From positions 248,001 through 312,000 of IMG/VR virus record IMGVR_UViG_3300042367_000228: DNA of 64,000 bases. The stretch is one strand, 5' to 3'. The translations under genes were made by a program, and so were the position numbers. This document shows, in pieces, positions 52,161 through 61,557 of the stretch; position 1 is the stretch's first letter; the number at the start of each line of letters is the position of its first letter. The notes below the pieces were generated by a model, which saw only the letters and a list, made by a program, of their open reading frames with translations, was not told the origin of the DNA and made no database searches.

Positions 52161-52490
52161 TCAATCTTTATTTTTTCTTCTGTTAAATGCTTCTCTAGAT
52201 CTTTTAGAAAAGTCACTTTCAACTTCTTTATGTTGAGTTAATGGATCCGGCATAGCTTGATTTGTTTTAATTACTAACCCTGATTCGTCATACCGATCAA
52301 CAAATTGTTGAACTAACGGGTCTGATTCGTAACGTTGAGCAAAGCTTTCAAAATCAATAAACGGTGCACCACCTGTTCTGTCTACTCTATTAAGAGCGTC
52401 CCATGTTAGTGATGCACTCGATTTATTGTTGTTTGCTGCAGATTGAATTGTCCGTAGTGTATTAATTAACGGATCAATTGATTCATTTAC
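52161..52490 (-). CDS. Start-less 109-codon ORF, predicted -1 frameshift extension of 52487-53467
   Basis: Open from the A9-G run (VNESIDPLINTLRT...FNRRKNKD*); no ATG/GTG/TTG near the 5' end; fills the intergenic gap exactly. Confidence 0.7.
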   Translation of the reverse strand, partial: VNESIDPLINTLRTIQSAANNNKSSASLTWDALNRVDRTGGAPFIDFESFAQRYESDPLVQQFVDRYDESGLVIKTNQAMPDPLTQHKEVESDFSKRSREAFNRRKNKD

Positions 52491-53467
52491 TTTTTTTTTG
52501 AGCTTAACATCATACCTAATTTACGGCTGTATTCAACGCTTTCACGTTTCATACGACCTGCATCAGGAGCTGCGCTTGCTAATTCTTCAGGTGAACCAGG
52601 TTGTTCTTCACCAGGAGCTGCGCCGCCAAAATTAGGAGCTGGAGCACCTGCTACTTGAGCTGCTGCACCGATCGGTGCAGTTTCACCGGCTACTGGCGCA
52701 CCTAACATTTCTGGTTCATCGCCGGTTACAACTGCTAGCCCTTGGTTTAAACCTTGACGTGATGTTTCTAATGCTGTGTAGATATTATCCATTGCAGGTC
52801 TAACAACACTATCGTATCTTTGAGCAACGTCACTACCGGCTACACGTTTAATATTATCTAACAATTCTAAGAATTGCTCAGAACGCATAGCAGCCATATC
52901 TTCTAACCATCCTGTGATACGTTGTACAATGTCACGTGTTTGGATAATTACATCGGCCTTTGTTTCTTCATCTTCTAATAAAATCCAGCTAGCTTGTGAT
53001 TCGTTTAAATCATAACGTACTTTTAATTCTGCAGACAATTCACGACGATCAGATTCGCCTAATGAAATTCTACGAATTGCACTATTGATCCAACTTTCTG
53101 GAACTGATAATTTTGTAGCACGTTGGCGTAATCTACTTTGAGCATACCCTTCGTCTGTTTTTTCTTTTTTCTTTTTACGAGGTGCATCATCTTCAACATC
53201 TACTTCATCACAGTTTTCACGTTCAAAAATTTCTTGATTTAATACATCAAGAAACATACGTGTTTTTTGATATGTAGCATTTTCGACAACTGAGTTATAG
53301 CTTTCATTCATTTCAAATTGGCTAATTTTAGTACGTAATTTATTACGTGCATCTTCAAGCTGTGCATCTGTAAAATTTTCTAATTTTACCGTATAACCAA
53401 AGTTTTTAGCTAAACTTTCGTTTAGTTTTAAACTAGTTAACGGTTGATTTAAATCATTAATTTGCAT
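52487..53467 (-). CDS. Acidic helical head/core-like protein with MQINDL tag
   Basis: TATAAATA upstream; repeated LNES/MNES/KRES motifs; ends TCA AAA AAA AAG TAA. Confidence 0.7.
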   Translation of the reverse strand: MQINDLNQPLTSLKLNESLAKNFGYTVKLENFTDAQLEDARNKLRTKISQFEMNESYNSVVENATYQKTRMFLDVLNQEIFERENCDEVDVEDDAPRKKKKEKTDEGYAQSRLRQRATKLSVPESWINSAIRRISLGESDRRELSAELKVRYDLNESQASWILLEDEETKADVIIQTRDIVQRITGWLEDMAAMRSEQFLELLDNIKRVAGSDVAQRYDSVVRPAMDNIYTALETSRQGLNQGLAVVTGDEPEMLGAPVAGETAPIGAAAQVAGAPAPNFGGAAPGEEQPGSPEELASAAPDAGRMKRESVEYSRKLGMMLSSKKK

Positions 53468-53499
53468 AATTGGTTCCTAGGTTATTTCTTATTACGTAT

Positions 53500-53937
53500 T
53501 TATATAAAAGACTGACGAAACAATCGAAAAATTAGCTGCTGATAGTATTGAGTCAATGCTGTACTTTCTTCTAACCGTGTTAACATTATTTGATATCTGT
53601 TTTCGTCAGCTACTAACGCTATGTTATTTTTAAAAACTACAGCATCTGTAGAAACTGACGCATACTTATTATCTAACATTTTGATATTTTGATATTTTTC
53701 GTAGTGCCTGTTATTGTATTCTTTTGCAGCAATTAAGGCACAGCTTTTAAGATAGTAATCGTTTATCAATTCTTTTGAAGTTGTATTATACACACCCCAA
53801 TACTTGTTGTCAAGTTGTTTAACTAAGAATCCTTTATAAACTAATGACCCATCAGGTAATACTGAAATTGGTAACGACGCTTGTAATTCTTGATCAAAGT
53901 ACGAAGCTAATTCTTTAATTGATTTCTTGTTTTTCAT
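53500..53937 (-). CDS. Hypothetical protein
   Basis: ORF in the late cluster. Confidence 0.65.
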   Translation of the reverse strand: MKNKKSIKELASYFDQELQASLPISVLPDGSLVYKGFLVKQLDNKYWGVYNTTSKELINDYYLKSCALIAAKEYNNRHYEKYQNIKMLDNKYASVSTDAVVFKNNIALVADENRYQIMLTRLEESTALTQYYQQLIFRLFRQSFI

Positions 53938-54127
53938 TTGCTACAACTGTAGGATCGTTAAATCCGATCTTTTTCAGTAAACTTTTTCGTATCATAGTTT
54001 CTGCAATACACTGTTCACGGTCTGTAAGATTTGCTAACTTAATTGGAGTTTTTAATCTTTCAAATAACTTCTTTTCTTCGTTAGTGATGAAGATTTCAAA
54101 ATCTGATATAAGCTCGTTTATTTTCAT
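53915..54127 (-). CDS. Hypothetical protein with MKINELISD tag
   Basis: ITNEE...L...REQ..A...RK pattern. Confidence 0.65.
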   Translation of the reverse strand: MKINELISDFEIFITNEEKKLFERLKTPIKLANLTDREQCIAETMIRKSLLKKIGFNDPTVVANEKQEIN

Positions 54128-54762
54128 CTTAAACCTGCGATAGTTAACATTGCTATTAATTCTTCTGATTCTTTTATAGGTGTTGGGTGTACAACATTAC
54201 GGTGATTTCTACCAGAATTCTTTTCAAACTTTTTATCAACTACATCGTTAATAAAGTCATCAGTTGGATCACCACTAATGTCTTTATTCTCATGTGACGC
54301 TATAAGATCTGCATCATCTTTGTCATCAAGCATCTCTTGCATAGTAGAACCAATATTATCAGGTAATTCTATTTCGGAACCAACTTTAGGTAATTGTGCT
54401 TGTTGCTGCTGCTGAGGAGCAGGTTGTCCAGGCTGTTGTTGTCCCGGTGCAGGTTGTTGTCCGTTAGCAACTGGAATTTGTCCTTGTTGCGGTTGTCCAT
54501 CTTGAGGAACTTGTCCTTGTTGTGCAGGTGCAGGTTGTTGCCCTGGTACAGGCTGACCCATTGTTTCGTTACCTTGTTGACCTTGCGGTGCATTTGCAGG
54601 ATTAAGGTTTAATGTTGATATGTTAGGTGTATTTGGTTTTGGCTGAATAGCAGCCGGTGTTGTAGTTATTTTAGTAGCACCGTCAGCTGACGAGATTTCA
54701 ACTTTTTCGGGGTCACTTTGTGTTACTTTGTAATTACTTTCTGTAATTTCTTTAATCTTCAT
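54124..54762 (-). CDS. Q/P-rich low-complexity protein with MKIKEITE tag
   Basis: PGQQ repeats; ends ESEELIAMLTIAGLR. Confidence 0.7.
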   Translation of the reverse strand: MKIKEITESNYKVTQSDPEKVEISSADGATKITTTPAAIQPKPNTPNISTLNLNPANAPQGQQGNETMGQPVPGQQPAPAQQGQVPQDGQPQQGQIPVANGQQPAPGQQQPGQPAPQQQQQAQLPKVGSEIELPDNIGSTMQEMLDDKDDADLIASHENKDISGDPTDDFINDVVDKKFEKNSGRNHRNVVHPTPIKESEELIAMLTIAGLR

Positions 54763-55454
54763 ATTTGTTCTCCAAGGCTTAATTCTGCACTTTGTAATTT
54801 GTCGATATGTTTGCGCAAGTTATTAATTTTGCCGTTAGCCCGAAGCAACTTAAACGCTAGATTTTCTACACTAAACTCGCCGCCTTTCTCTAAACCAGAT
54901 TTTCTTAATCGAGCTATATCATTTAACGTATCAGTAGCTAGTGTTAGATTTGATGATGTTAATGCTTGATCAATTTGACTTTGGTAAGTGTCGGCTTTGC
55001 TTTCAACTTCTTCGTTGTTTACAGAAGGCGGTCGATGTTTTGGTTTGTTAATCCATTTTTCGTCTATGATACTGTATATACCAGCCGAATGATGGGGTTG
55101 TTTACTATCTTGTACATATACTTCTACAGCAATATCTTTAATTTTTAAATCGTATTTAAAATTGTAATGATTCTTTTTAGCATTGAACAATTCTGCCATA
55201 TTTGGATCATCAATATCAACTATTAAATGTAGATCAATGTCTGAATATTCAGAATATCCAAAACTTGCATTACTACCGCTAACAGTAATATCTTTTAAAT
55301 GTAACTGTGTAACATTTAAGAATTGTGCAAAGTGTTTAGCTATAAGAAGTAACTTATAACGAACATCAGTTTTTAAATGATTATCCGTCCATAATACTGG
55401 ATTTAATGTATCATGATAAGGTACAGCTTTTTCGGATAATTCGGTAAATCTCAT
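54759..55454 (-). CDS. Pol-beta-type nucleotidyltransferase with MRFTELSE tag
   Basis: ITVSGSNA...SDIDLHL (GS...DxD), VEVYVQD, ENLAFKLLR. Confidence 0.75.
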   Translation of the reverse strand: MRFTELSEKAVPYHDTLNPVLWTDNHLKTDVRYKLLLIAKHFAQFLNVTQLHLKDITVSGSNASFGYSEYSDIDLHLIVDIDDPNMAELFNAKKNHYNFKYDLKIKDIAVEVYVQDSKQPHHSAGIYSIIDEKWINKPKHRPPSVNNEEVESKADTYQSQIDQALTSSNLTLATDTLNDIARLRKSGLEKGGEFSVENLAFKLLRANGKINNLRKHIDKLQSAELSLGEQI

Positions 55455-55455
55455 A

Positions 55456-55692
55456 TTAAAATTTTATTAAAATAGTTACTACTGTTGATAACAATCCGGC
55501 GATAATTGTTGCAGTTGCTCCGATAACTACTTTACTCATGCTAGATTGGCTTTCTTGAATCTTTTCAGCGAGTGATACTACTTTTGATTCGATCGTTGTT
55601 AAACGTGTTTCTAAATTTTGATAGCGCAACGCGCATAATTCTACGTGGCTTTCTAAATTATTTTTTTCTATATCTGTTGGTTTTAATGACAT
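55456..55692 (-). CDS. Coiled-coil plus C-terminal TM protein
   Basis: LESHVELCALRY..LETRL; hydrophobic C-terminus. Confidence 0.65.
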   Translation of the reverse strand: MSLKPTDIEKNNLESHVELCALRYQNLETRLTTIESKVVSLAEKIQESQSSMSKVVIGATATIIAGLLSTVVTILIKF

Positions 55693-55742
55693 CTCATCGC
55701 TCCAGTGGTCGTTCGGTGAGTTACTTCACGTAACGTTAATAT

Positions 55743-56150
55743 TTATTGCTTTTTGTGAAAAACAATATTCTTATTTTTTCCGTGTGTTAGAAATACTGCA
55801 TGTGTTTGGTGTAACCATTCATCTAACCCTTGTATGTACGGCACTAACTCAAAGTCATCTTTAAGAAACGAAATTGGATCACCGTTTTCTTCATAAACAA
55901 AATCGCGTTCAGTAGCAAAGTCAAATCGCCAAAGTCTAACAATTTCATCAGTATCAAAACCTACTAAACTACCTCTTACTTCAGTAGCTTGTGGACTCTG
56001 AGAGTACAAGATGTTACAACGAATGCCTAATGTTTGAACAATCGTATTAAAGTTTTGTTCCTTCCATCGGGCAGCCTCTTTACCTGGTTCAGCTCTGTAT
56101 TGACCAGTATGCGTTATATCAACAAATGTATAAAGTTTATAATCTTCCAT
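55743..56150 (-). CDS. Hypothetical protein
   Basis: TFVDITHTG...QNFNTIVQTLGIR motif. Confidence 0.65.
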   Translation of the reverse strand: MEDYKLYTFVDITHTGQYRAEPGKEAARWKEQNFNTIVQTLGIRCNILYSQSPQATEVRGSLVGFDTDEIVRLWRFDFATERDFVYEENGDPISFLKDDFELVPYIQGLDEWLHQTHAVFLTHGKNKNIVFHKKQ

Positions 56151-56168
56151 GTTGTATTTAACAGTCAT

Positions 56169-56200
56169 AAAAAAAGGGTTCACAAAATGTGAACCCTTTT
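56169..56200 (-). terminator. Intrinsic terminator
   Basis: AAAGGGTTCAC-AAAAT-GTGAACCCTTT with U-run on the minus strand. Confidence 0.8.
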
Positions 56201-56223
56201 AATCCCATCCCTAAGAAGGTTAA

Positions 56224-56721
56224 TTAAGCAACTGCGCCTAATACAGTACCTGTTGCGTCAACAGTTAATGCAGTAATTGTAGTAGCTGCACCTGTACCAG
56301 TTGCAACTGCTGCTGTGATTGCAGCTTCTAAGTCGCCGTATGAAGCGCCTGAAACTGGACCGCCAGCTGTGTTACCTGATGTATCAGAATCGTTAATTGT
56401 ATCTTCTGAAACTGCAACTAAGAAACCAGTTGTACCTGGTACCCAAATTTGATAAATTTCTGCACCAACTTGCAATGCACGAACTGCTAATGCAAATTTG
56501 CTAGCAGCTGATTGATAGTTAACTGAAAAATCAACAGCTGTTGTAGAACCTGAAGCACCAGTAACTGCTGTAATTTTCAATAGACGTAATTGGCGTGTAC
56601 CGAAGTTGCTGTAAACTTGACCAACACCATATGTATGTTGTGGGGTCATTTTCAAATAGTTTGTTGTAGCTAGGCTGTTACCGCCGGTTACTAATAAATC
56701 TGAACTGATTAATGATGGCAT
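56224..56721 (-). CDS. Putative abundant structural (decoration-like) protein
   Basis: Late promoter CTAAATA, SD GAGGAG, A/G/T-rich, own terminator. Confidence 0.6.
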   Translation of the reverse strand: MPSLISSDLLVTGGNSLATTNYLKMTPQHTYGVGQVYSNFGTRQLRLLKITAVTGASGSTTAVDFSVNYQSAASKFALAVRALQVGAEIYQIWVPGTTGFLVAVSEDTINDSDTSGNTAGGPVSGASYGDLEAAITAAVATGTGAATTITALTVDATGTVLGAVA

Positions 56722-56800
56722 GATATTTCTCCTCTATTACCATAACTTACTACTCTGTAAGTGTTATAATTATTTAGCATCTATATTAAAAATGCTTGTG

Positions 56801-57052
56801 TTATTGCTTATTTTCCTGAATACGTTTAATACTACGCTTAAACTTATTAGTATCGCCTGTTTTAATACTATTAATAAAACGGCGTTCTAATTCAGCAGCA
56901 GTTTCTAGATCATAGTTTTCTCTTATTAATTCTAATAAATTAATTGCGCTTTCTATTAGGTTAGAACCGCGGCTTTCTATAACTAAATTTGTATCACGGC
57001 TAATTCCAATGTCGCTGAGTTCTTGTAATATTGATCGAGTGCTTTTTCTCAT
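56801..57052 (-). CDS. Conserved hypothetical protein
   Basis: TRSILQEL...IESR...LERRFINSIK..D..KF.R. Confidence 0.7.
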   Translation of the reverse strand: MRKSTRSILQELSDIGISRDTNLVIESRGSNLIESAINLLELIRENYDLETAAELERRFINSIKTGDTNKFKRSIKRIQENKQ

Positions 57053-57054
57053 AG

Positions 57055-57456
57055 TTAGTCCACTGCTGGCTGTTTAAACAGATTAGGATGCATTTTACCC
57101 CACTTTCTCATAACCACAGCTGCTTGCGCATTTGCTTCATTTTCATGTGGACTGCCATCTTTACCACTATCTGGTGTTAATTCATTATTTAAATCTTGTC
57201 TATAGTGTACAAGTTCATGTGCTAATGTTCTGCACACATCCATAATATGTCTGTTAGATAAAGTAACAGTAATATGCTTATTACCGTATCCTCCGAATGA
57301 ACTATGCTTTACACTAATCTCATTACCGTCTTGTAAATCGATATCAGGCAATTCATCTAGTTGCAGTTCGCTAGCAGCAAACTCAATGAACTTATCAATA
57401 ATGCGTGTAGCTTTATTGTACTGTAAACCTTCTGTTAAAATTTCTTGTACTTTCAT
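57055..57456 (-). CDS. Zincin-like metallopeptidase with MKVQEILTE tag
   Basis: RTLAHELVHYRQ...ENEANA. Confidence 0.75.
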   Translation of the reverse strand: MKVQEILTEGLQYNKATRIIDKFIEFAASELQLDELPDIDLQDGNEISVKHSSFGGYGNKHITVTLSNRHIMDVCRTLAHELVHYRQDLNNELTPDSGKDGSPHENEANAQAAVVMRKWGKMHPNLFKQPAVD

Positions 57457-57464
57457 AACAATAC

Positions 57465-57746
57465 TTATCGTTTTAACAGTTGAAGTATACGAGAAAGATC
57501 GTCAATTTCATCAGTCGGTTCTGCACCGACATCTTCAGGTTCAGTCAATTTATCAATTACTGCACTGTCTTTGCCAGCATCAGCTTTTTTAAGTTCTAAC
57601 TCTTGCTGCAATGGTGAAACAAAGATTGGATTTTCATCAGGTTCTGCTGAATCAGATCCATTGCCTGCTACGTCAATCTCAGGATCGCCGTCACCGTTTA
57701 TTTTAATGTTAATCGGTACATTGATTGTAAATTCTTTTGCTCTCAT
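57465..57746 (-). CDS. Acidic hypothetical protein with MRAKEF tag
   Basis: Start moved to ATG after SD AAAGGA; FVSPLQQELELKK. Confidence 0.6.
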   Translation of the reverse strand: MRAKEFTINVPINIKINGDGDPEIDVAGNGSDSAEPDENPIFVSPLQQELELKKADAGKDSAVIDKLTEPEDVGAEPTDEIDDLSRILQLLKR

Positions 57747-57778
57747 TATAAATCCTTTAGCTATACTATACTTATCTT

Positions 57779-59815
57779 TTATATATGCTCTTGCCAAGTG
57801 ACCACGCCTACAGCACGATCGTTATTAGTAGTGGCAATAGCAGCCAAACACCATATATCTGATACTCCGGCAATAGTGCGTCCTAGTTGTTGACTAAAGT
57901 CTACGTCATTTGAAGTAATAGAGGCTGATCCTCCTTTGTTTAATCCCACAAATATTCCTTGATCAATCACAGTTCCACCTGACAATTCGGTAGCAGAAAG
58001 GTCATACTCTACTGAACTGTCTGCGCTAGCACTAGTCCAACTAGCATTAGTTAATGTTGGATTTATAATTATCCGATAGACAAATGCAGCCTGTTGTAGA
58101 CCAAACAGATCAAACTTAACAGGGACAACAACTGAATCAAGATTAGCTGCTTTGAGTCTAATACATACTAGAGGTCTATATACTGTGTTGCTGAGATCCT
58201 TGCCTGTTAGACTAGTTCCATTACTTCGACTAACACTACGATTCATGTAGCCACCTTCGGATATCACAGTTGAACATATGGCTCGCATGGTGCCCGCAGC
58301 TCCGGTGCTTGTTAGTTCATATCTAACAGGTAATGAAGCAGTAGTCATGTAAACTTTGTTAAAGCTGACTTGGTTAGCGTGATGGAATGTATGACAGAGT
58401 ATAAACTGCCCATCGATAACAAATCCGCAACGAACTGATCCTACGCCCAGCCATTCAATATCACACCAAAAAATCTGTGCTCTACTTACAACTAACGTGA
58501 TGCCGCTTGGCCCGGTTCCATTAAGTTTATCACCATTCCAATTTGCTTGAGCAAACTTTTCTGTAGTATTGTCTACAGACCCTGATGTATATTTTCTAAT
58601 CACAAGATTTAATGTATTACCATCTACTTCAAAGTATACACCGTTCTGTGCTCCAAACAATCCTACCCGCTGACGCAAGCCTGCGGTAGGTGTGGTCATA
58701 ACAAAAGTAGCCAACGTCAGCAAACTCTTACCAGGCTGATAAGCAAACACTGATTTGGTTTGTCTCAAACTTTCATCGCCGTTGCCTAACACCGACATTA
58801 ATACTGAACTTTCATTAGGTAGAAATACACTTGTAGCCGCACCAGTATCTACTTGATTCCATTTGAATGGGTCATCTCTGTATCGTTGAGCACCATCAAA
58901 CAAAGTAAACGGATTACTAACTCGTAATCTGCCAAACGCATCTAGATTTGCTCCACCAAACGATACAACAGGTGTACCTGTAATCGTAGCATTAACATTT
59001 CCACTAATAGGAACTGGATTGCCACTGTCGTTCTTAATCTCTACTTCAGGTATAGTACCGATGTTAACTGTAGGTGTTCCACTAATAGTAACTGTAGTAT
59101 TCTCTAAGGCTGATAATGTACTAGCACCTAGTTCTACTGTGCCACTCACAGTTGCTGATACTGTACCGTCTACTGTTATGCTACCACCGCCATCTTGTAC
59201 TGTAACTGTGCCAGTAACACCTACATTTTCTAATGCTGTTAATGTTGTACTACCTAACTCAACTGTACCGCTTACTATGGCATTGATGTTTTCAAGTGCT
59301 GACAAACTTCCGCTGTCTAACGTAACTGTGCCACTTACTTGTTGGGTAGTTGGGAATGTTACATTAGCTGTTACAGTTCCGCTAACTGGTTGTGTAGTTT
59401 GCCAAAATGTTCCTGTAACCGGAGTAGTTGGCATGCTTGCAATAGATACTGGTTGGGTAGTTTGCCAAAATGTTCCAGTTACTGCAATTGGATTAGTATT
59501 AGAAACATTAGCATCAACATATATACGATTATTTACAGTGTTGTCATTACTATCTTTAGATACTTTGATTAATGTTGGAAATGCTGGGAAGTTACCTACA
59601 TCAATATCACTTGTTAAATGAACTGGAATACTTTGTAATTCGGTGTTATTAATTTTAATTTCAGATGCAATGTTAACATTTCCAGTTACTGTAATATTAT
59701 CAGATCCTAACGTAACTCGAACATGTGGAAGTTCGTCAACGAGTTCCATTGCATGATGTAAATTATTTAAATTAGGATTTTTATTGTCGTGTTCGTACGC
59801 CATTATGTAATCCAA
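57779..59815 (-). CDS. Virion structural protein with T/V/G-rich repeats
   Basis: VTGTFWQTTQPVS repeats; DAFGRLRVSNPFTLFD; DIEWLGVGSVRCGF. Confidence 0.7.
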   Translation of the reverse strand: MDYIMAYEHDNKNPNLNNLHHAMELVDELPHVRVTLGSDNITVTGNVNIASEIKINNTELQSIPVHLTSDIDVGNFPAFPTLIKVSKDSNDNTVNNRIYVDANVSNTNPIAVTGTFWQTTQPVSIASMPTTPVTGTFWQTTQPVSGTVTANVTFPTTQQVSGTVTLDSGSLSALENINAIVSGTVELGSTTLTALENVGVTGTVTVQDGGGSITVDGTVSATVSGTVELGASTLSALENTTVTISGTPTVNIGTIPEVEIKNDSGNPVPISGNVNATITGTPVVSFGGANLDAFGRLRVSNPFTLFDGAQRYRDDPFKWNQVDTGAATSVFLPNESSVLMSVLGNGDESLRQTKSVFAYQPGKSLLTLATFVMTTPTAGLRQRVGLFGAQNGVYFEVDGNTLNLVIRKYTSGSVDNTTEKFAQANWNGDKLNGTGPSGITLVVSRAQIFWCDIEWLGVGSVRCGFVIDGQFILCHTFHHANQVSFNKVYMTTASLPVRYELTSTGAAGTMRAICSTVISEGGYMNRSVSRSNGTSLTGKDLSNTVYRPLVCIRLKAANLDSVVVPVKFDLFGLQQAAFVYRIIINPTLTNASWTSASADSSVEYDLSATELSGGTVIDQGIFVGLNKGGSASITSNDVDFSQQLGRTIAGVSDIWCLAAIATTNNDRAVGVVTWQEHI

Positions 59816-60063
59816 GGACGACCTAATACTAGTCCGCCTGCATTAGGATTGTCTGTAATTCCGTCACCGTTATATTTTGTTGGTAATTGCGTAATATCAT
59901 AATTGTTTCTATCACGATAGTATTGTTTAGTAGGATCTACACTTCCTGTAACTGTACCATCAGCTGCTACAATTTTACCTTGACGTTTAGCTTTTGCTAA
60001 CGCAAGTTTAGCTGCTTGTTTTGCTTCTTTGGTTGATAACCATGCGATTCCGTTAGCTGACAT
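59803..60063 (-). CDS. Hypothetical virion-associated protein
   Basis: MSANGI...LPTKY...GRPW. Confidence 0.6.
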   Translation of the reverse strand: MSANGIAWLSTKEAKQAAKLALAKAKRQGKIVAADGTVTGSVDPTKQYYRDRNNYDITQLPTKYNGDGITDNPNAGGLVLGRPWIT

Positions 60064-60437
60064 TATTGCCCCCTCATTGCTTTAATCATTACAATATGTT
60101 CAGGATGATCGTCTGTTGGTTCAAATTCTGTATCAATTAAATGCGGATACGCACTTGGATCTTTAACTCTTATATCAGCAGGATGTTTTGGACCATTCAT
60201 TCCGCCACCTGCATGTATTGTAACTGAATCTACACCTGCATACGCCGGATTAGGTTCATTAATAAATCTGTGTCGTTCTGGACTATCTGCCAAATCAACA
60301 ATTTGCCTAAATCTGTTAATGTCATCACCTGCTGTTACTTTGTGATCAGGTTTAAGTATAAACTCTGGCTCAATAGGTTGTTGTTCTCCCCCGTCTAAAA
60401 CGTTTAATATGTTTCTAATAATATCTTGAACTCTCAT
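60063..60437 (-). CDS. Hypothetical late protein with MRVQDII tag
   Basis: CTAAATA and SD GAGGA upstream. Confidence 0.65.
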   Translation of the reverse strand: MRVQDIIRNILNVLDGGEQQPIEPEFILKPDHKVTAGDDINRFRQIVDLADSPERHRFINEPNPAYAGVDSVTIHAGGGMNGPKHPADIRVKDPSAYPHLIDTEFEPTDDHPEHIVMIKAMRGQ

Positions 60438-60490
60438 TTTTGTGTCCTCTTAGTATATTTAGCGTAAGAATAAACAATACAGAATGAATT

Positions 60491-60622
60491 TATAAATATC
60501 ATGTCGCAGTAAAGTCTACGATTTAGGATGATAAGATATTACATGGATGGTAGACATAGTCAATGCCAATGTAGGTAGGTGTAATGAGACAATAATAGGA
60601 GCTTACGCTCCTATTTTATTTT
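60491..60622 (+). ncRNA. Candidate late small RNA with GGA motifs
   Basis: TATAAATA at 60491-60498, ~115 nt without a credible ORF, terminator ATAGGAGC-TTAC-GCTCCTAT-TTT. Confidence 0.45.
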
Positions 60623-60666
60623 AAGTCAATTTTTAATTAAATACATATAAAACTAAGGAGCATAAT

Positions 60667-60810
60667 ATGGACTTAATTAAAAGTATTATCCACAATGTAT
60701 TAGTACACCCTATTCTACCATTCTTACCACGCAGATTAGCAAGAACAATACATGAAAAGAATGCGCTATGGGCGTATGGAAAAGATGGCCCGTTTAACGG
60801 CTTAGACTAG
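60667..60810 (+). CDS. Small hypothetical protein (47 aa)
   Basis: MDLIKSIIHNVLVHPILPFLPRRLARTIHEKNALWAYG...; TAAATA and SD AAGGAG. Confidence 0.65.
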   Translation: MDLIKSIIHNVLVHPILPFLPRRLARTIHEKNALWAYGKDGPFNGLD

Positions 60811-60819
60811 GAGAGTATT

Positions 60820-61557
60820 ATGATATCAGATTTGACGTTTGAGCAAAAATCATTAACAATGGCAACATTAAGCAGTCTTGCATATAATGACGATCAAGAA
60901 TTTAAAGAATTAGGATATGACAGTAAATTTATAAGCCATGGTGGGTCAGACTTGTATGTATTATGGGACAACGATGATTTAATAGTAGTGTGTCGTGGAA
61001 CACAACCAACTCACTTTAATGATGTTGCACATGACATAGAATTTGCACTAGTACCAAGTAGATCAGGATACGGGTTAGTGCATCATGGATTTAGAACAAG
61101 TGTAGATCTTATTTGGGTTGACTTATTAAAGATGTTACAAAAATACGGTGCTAATCGTAAAGTATGGTGTACAGGTCATAGTTTAGGTGCAGCAATGGCA
61201 ACCCTTATAACTGCAAGATGTGCGCGTACAGAAAAATTAACTACGCCGTTTTTATATACATACGGTAGTCCGCGTGTTGGTGATATGACATTTATTAAAC
61301 ACATGAATAGCTTAAACATTGAACATCATAGATGGGTAAACAATGCAGATGCAGTTACACGGAATCCAATATTTCCATATAAGCATCATGGTCAGCTACA
61401 CTACTTTGATCATCATGGTAATGTAAGAGTTTTTACAAGATGGCAGACAATCAAAGATAGAGTAAAAGGTTTTTATATTGGACTTAAAAAAGGTAAGATT
61501 AATTTCTTTGTTAATCACGATATTGGAAATTACATTAAAAATTTAGGAAGGTTATAA
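60820..61557 (+). CDS. Class 3 lipase
   Basis: CRGT, VHHGF, TGHSLGAA (GxSxG), YTYGSPRVG, NNADAV. Confidence 0.9.
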   Translation: MISDLTFEQKSLTMATLSSLAYNDDQEFKELGYDSKFISHGGSDLYVLWDNDDLIVVCRGTQPTHFNDVAHDIEFALVPSRSGYGLVHHGFRTSVDLIWVDLLKMLQKYGANRKVWCTGHSLGAAMATLITARCARTEKLTTPFLYTYGSPRVGDMTFIKHMNSLNIEHHRWVNNADAVTRNPIFPYKHHGQLHYFDHHGNVRVFTRWQTIKDRVKGFYIGLKKGKINFFVNHDIGNYIKNLGRL

